The notes beneath the pieces were generated by a model, which was not told the origin of the DNA, did not search any database, and saw nothing but the letters and a program-made list of their open reading frames with translations. Shown here in pieces: positions 61,430 to 64,000 of a stretch of 64,000 nt of DNA; position 1 is the first letter of the stretch, and every line of letters begins with the position of its first letter. The translations under genes were made by a program, and so were the position numbers. This DNA is from Lama guanicoe (Eukaryota), in the NCBI GenBank assembly GCA_013239625.1, contig MU053444.1, positions 79,822 through 143,821 of the forward strand. The letters run 5' to 3'.

Positions 61430-64000
61430 GTAAGTCTACCTGGAGGCCCGGTCACCCTGGCAGTGTGCTGGATTGCTTCCATACATCCAGGAAGGGATCA
61501 GCAAGGAAGAGGGCTGCCTTGTAGCCAAGGGTGGAGGGAGATGCAGCCAGCTGTTTTACAGACATTAAAAAAACGAATTCGCCTTTGTTTCAGAGAGATC
61601 CTTTTAGGGTTATTGTGGACACTTACTCCAGCTTTTCAGCCAGGACCCCTGGTGGGACCCCTGGAGTTGCTCTCCAACAGATTAGCCACAGCCACTGATG
61701 CTAGTAGCACTGGGGAGGAGGCTGGTCTGAACTGACATGTGCTGTAGGTCAAACGCACATCAGACTCTGAGACTTATCTAGTAAAAGGAATGTAATCTAT
61801 CTTGTTACTTTCTATATTGATTACATGTCAAAATGATACTATTTTACATACAGTAGAATAAGTAAGATCTGTTCTTAAAATCAGTTTCTAATATTTTGTT
61901 TGTTTCTTTGCTTCTTTGTCTACTTTTTAAATGTGGCAACTGGGAAACTTTCTTTACATGGATCTCATTTCATTTCTGTTGGGCAGCCTGTCCTGGGACA
62001 ATCTCATCCCTTTGCTTATAGATGAGAAGCTGAATCCCGAGATGCACAACGAGGCTCTGGTTGAGCTGGGGGTGGTGCCATTGTCTCCTGACTCCTAAGC
62101 CCAGCACCTGCATGGCTCAGGCCCTCTCTTCATGCCCGACAGCCACCATGCCAGGTTAGGACATCAGAAACACCACCAGGGACTTCCGAATGAACTCCTT
62201 ACACATGGAAAGGCGTGTCACGCAGTTTGGGACAGAGCAGGGAAAGGTTCGTCCTCACTTTGTCCCTGTGATTAGGTCAACGGCCCCACTTTGCCACGGA
62301 ATTGCAGACGAGCTCTTCTGGGCTGCCTACCCCCCACCTTCTGCTCTATTTCCCTGTGTGTCTATCATGCTGTCCCTCGGGCAGAAGAGGTTGAGATGCC
62401 TTTGCAGAGAGGTGGTCCCCCTTTGCTGGGGAGACTGAGGGAAATTGTGTCCTCTCAGCCTATGGCCTCGGGCCTTGAGTCTGGAGAGTGCTCATGGCGG
62501 TCTCACAGGTGACGGTCGGAGGAACTGGCATGTGCAGCCGGGTCCGCTGTGGAGGTGGTGATCTGTGATTCTTGAACTTACGTAAGATCAGATCCTACTT
62601 TCTGGTTGTTGGTCAGTTGGAGGAGAAGATGCCAGAGAATTGAAAAAGGAAAGTCCAGACCAGCCATGTGAGTGAGAGGCACAGGGGACCCAAGTCCCAC
62701 CTGCGTGTGGTGCCTAGCGAACTCTGGATGAATTTTCAGTTCCTATCCGGACATGCCTGTATGGCTTAAGGAAGGGGCAAGGCATGTCGTGGCTATGATC
62801 AGTAGTTGTCCTCACAGGGCCCTGTGATCTACATGTCTGCACTCCCCTTCTGCTACTTGGAGATGAGGTGGCAGGTTTAGAAGCCTGGGCACTGCTGAAG
62901 GCACAGCTGCCAGCACCGGGCTTCTCCCAGCCTGGCTCCGTTCACTTCACCTGTCACCTCCTGCTGAGCCCCCAGGCATTAGTCAAGGTAGGCACATCGG
63001 TGCAACGTAATCAGGGACCAAATTCTCCCCTGCACAGACTGGTGGGTAAGCAGTGGAAGACTGGAGCCCTGCCCCAGCCCCTTGGCCAGTGCTTCTTCTT
63101 TTGTCATAGGAGGCACTGGTGACATTTTTGCTCAGCAACTGCTTGGCTTTGAGTCTGTAGACCCACCAGAGAATGCCAGCTTGTTTTTGCCTTTTGAATT
63201 CTGTCCTTGGGATTTGGCGGAGTAGCTGGATTTGTGCTTAGACCATAGTGGTTGAAACTGTCACCATTGTTTACCCAGAACCTCGTGTACCAGGCATGGC
63301 TCTCGGCATCAAAATACAGCAGCGCATTATACCTCCCCCCTGGTGGGTCTGTCTGTTTTGGTACAATAAGTGCCCAGCCAACATCTGAACGTCAGTGAGA
63401 TAACGCGGCCAGTGAGCTCGGGTGAAGCACGTTCTTCTCCAGTCACTTTTACTTCATTGTTCCTTTTACTATTCCACAGTCATTAATTTATAAAACAATG
63501 CTTTGCTGCAGGAGCAGAGCCTAATTCTCTCCTGCTACTCTTGGTGGCAGTGAGTAAAACTGTCCAGCCTGAAATGCTACCATATATTGTAGCTCAAAAG
63601 CTGTCTAGACGCATGTAGGTGGAGTTTTGGTTTGGGGCCCTGACCACGTTAGTGTCCCCTGCAGCGCCACTCCCCATAGGCCCCTGCCTTCCCTGGAGCA
63701 GGAGGTGAGGGAGGGTCTCACCATCCCCTCGTCCCTGGCCTCACATACTCACGTAAGTTCTTGTACAGGCTGTCAAAGTCATTTTCGTTCTTGTGTGCTT
63801 CTAATTTTCACTTGTTACTCTTTCCCTTTTTCTATTTTCCTTTTTCTCTTGTACTGCCCTGTGAGCATGTAGTTGTGTCTGAAAAGGTGGGCTGTGCACA
63901 CTCTGCATTGGAAATAGCTAGATCGCACTCCATGCTGTCCACATCGCTTTAAAAAGCAAAAACTTAACAACTTCCTCGATCCATGTATTATCCTAGTCAT

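Overview
Mammalian genomic DNA, most likely a camelid: three tRNA-Ala-like SINEs resemble the camelid Vic-1 type, alongside artiodactyl-type L1 3' ends. I can support no intact protein-coding gene. The window reads as a segmental-duplication mosaic of unprocessed (intron-containing) gene fragments from loci that are unlinked in human. These are a minus-strand POFUT2 5' fragment (CpG-island promoter plus exons 1-2 with stops and a frameshift, ~26.5-28.8 kb), a plus-strand TRAPPC9 5' fragment (CpG island plus disabled first coding exon, ~56.0-61.4 kb), an orphan terminal coding exon with 3'UTR from a gene I cannot name (~42.0-43.9 kb), and a third CpG-island promoter at ~5 kb. Two blocks of a diverged GC-rich ~160-bp satellite are present: 4.1-4.9 kb with an internal inversion, and 38.0-40.2 kb with an apparent 3-monomer higher-order repeat. 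Other structures are a palindromic LTR pair, a divergent LTR pair around a tandem duplication, a ~1-kb direct duplication, ordinary L1/L2/MLT/MER elements and two assembly gaps. Gene identifications rest on my recall of the human protein sequences; no search was run. Repeat boundaries are approximate.
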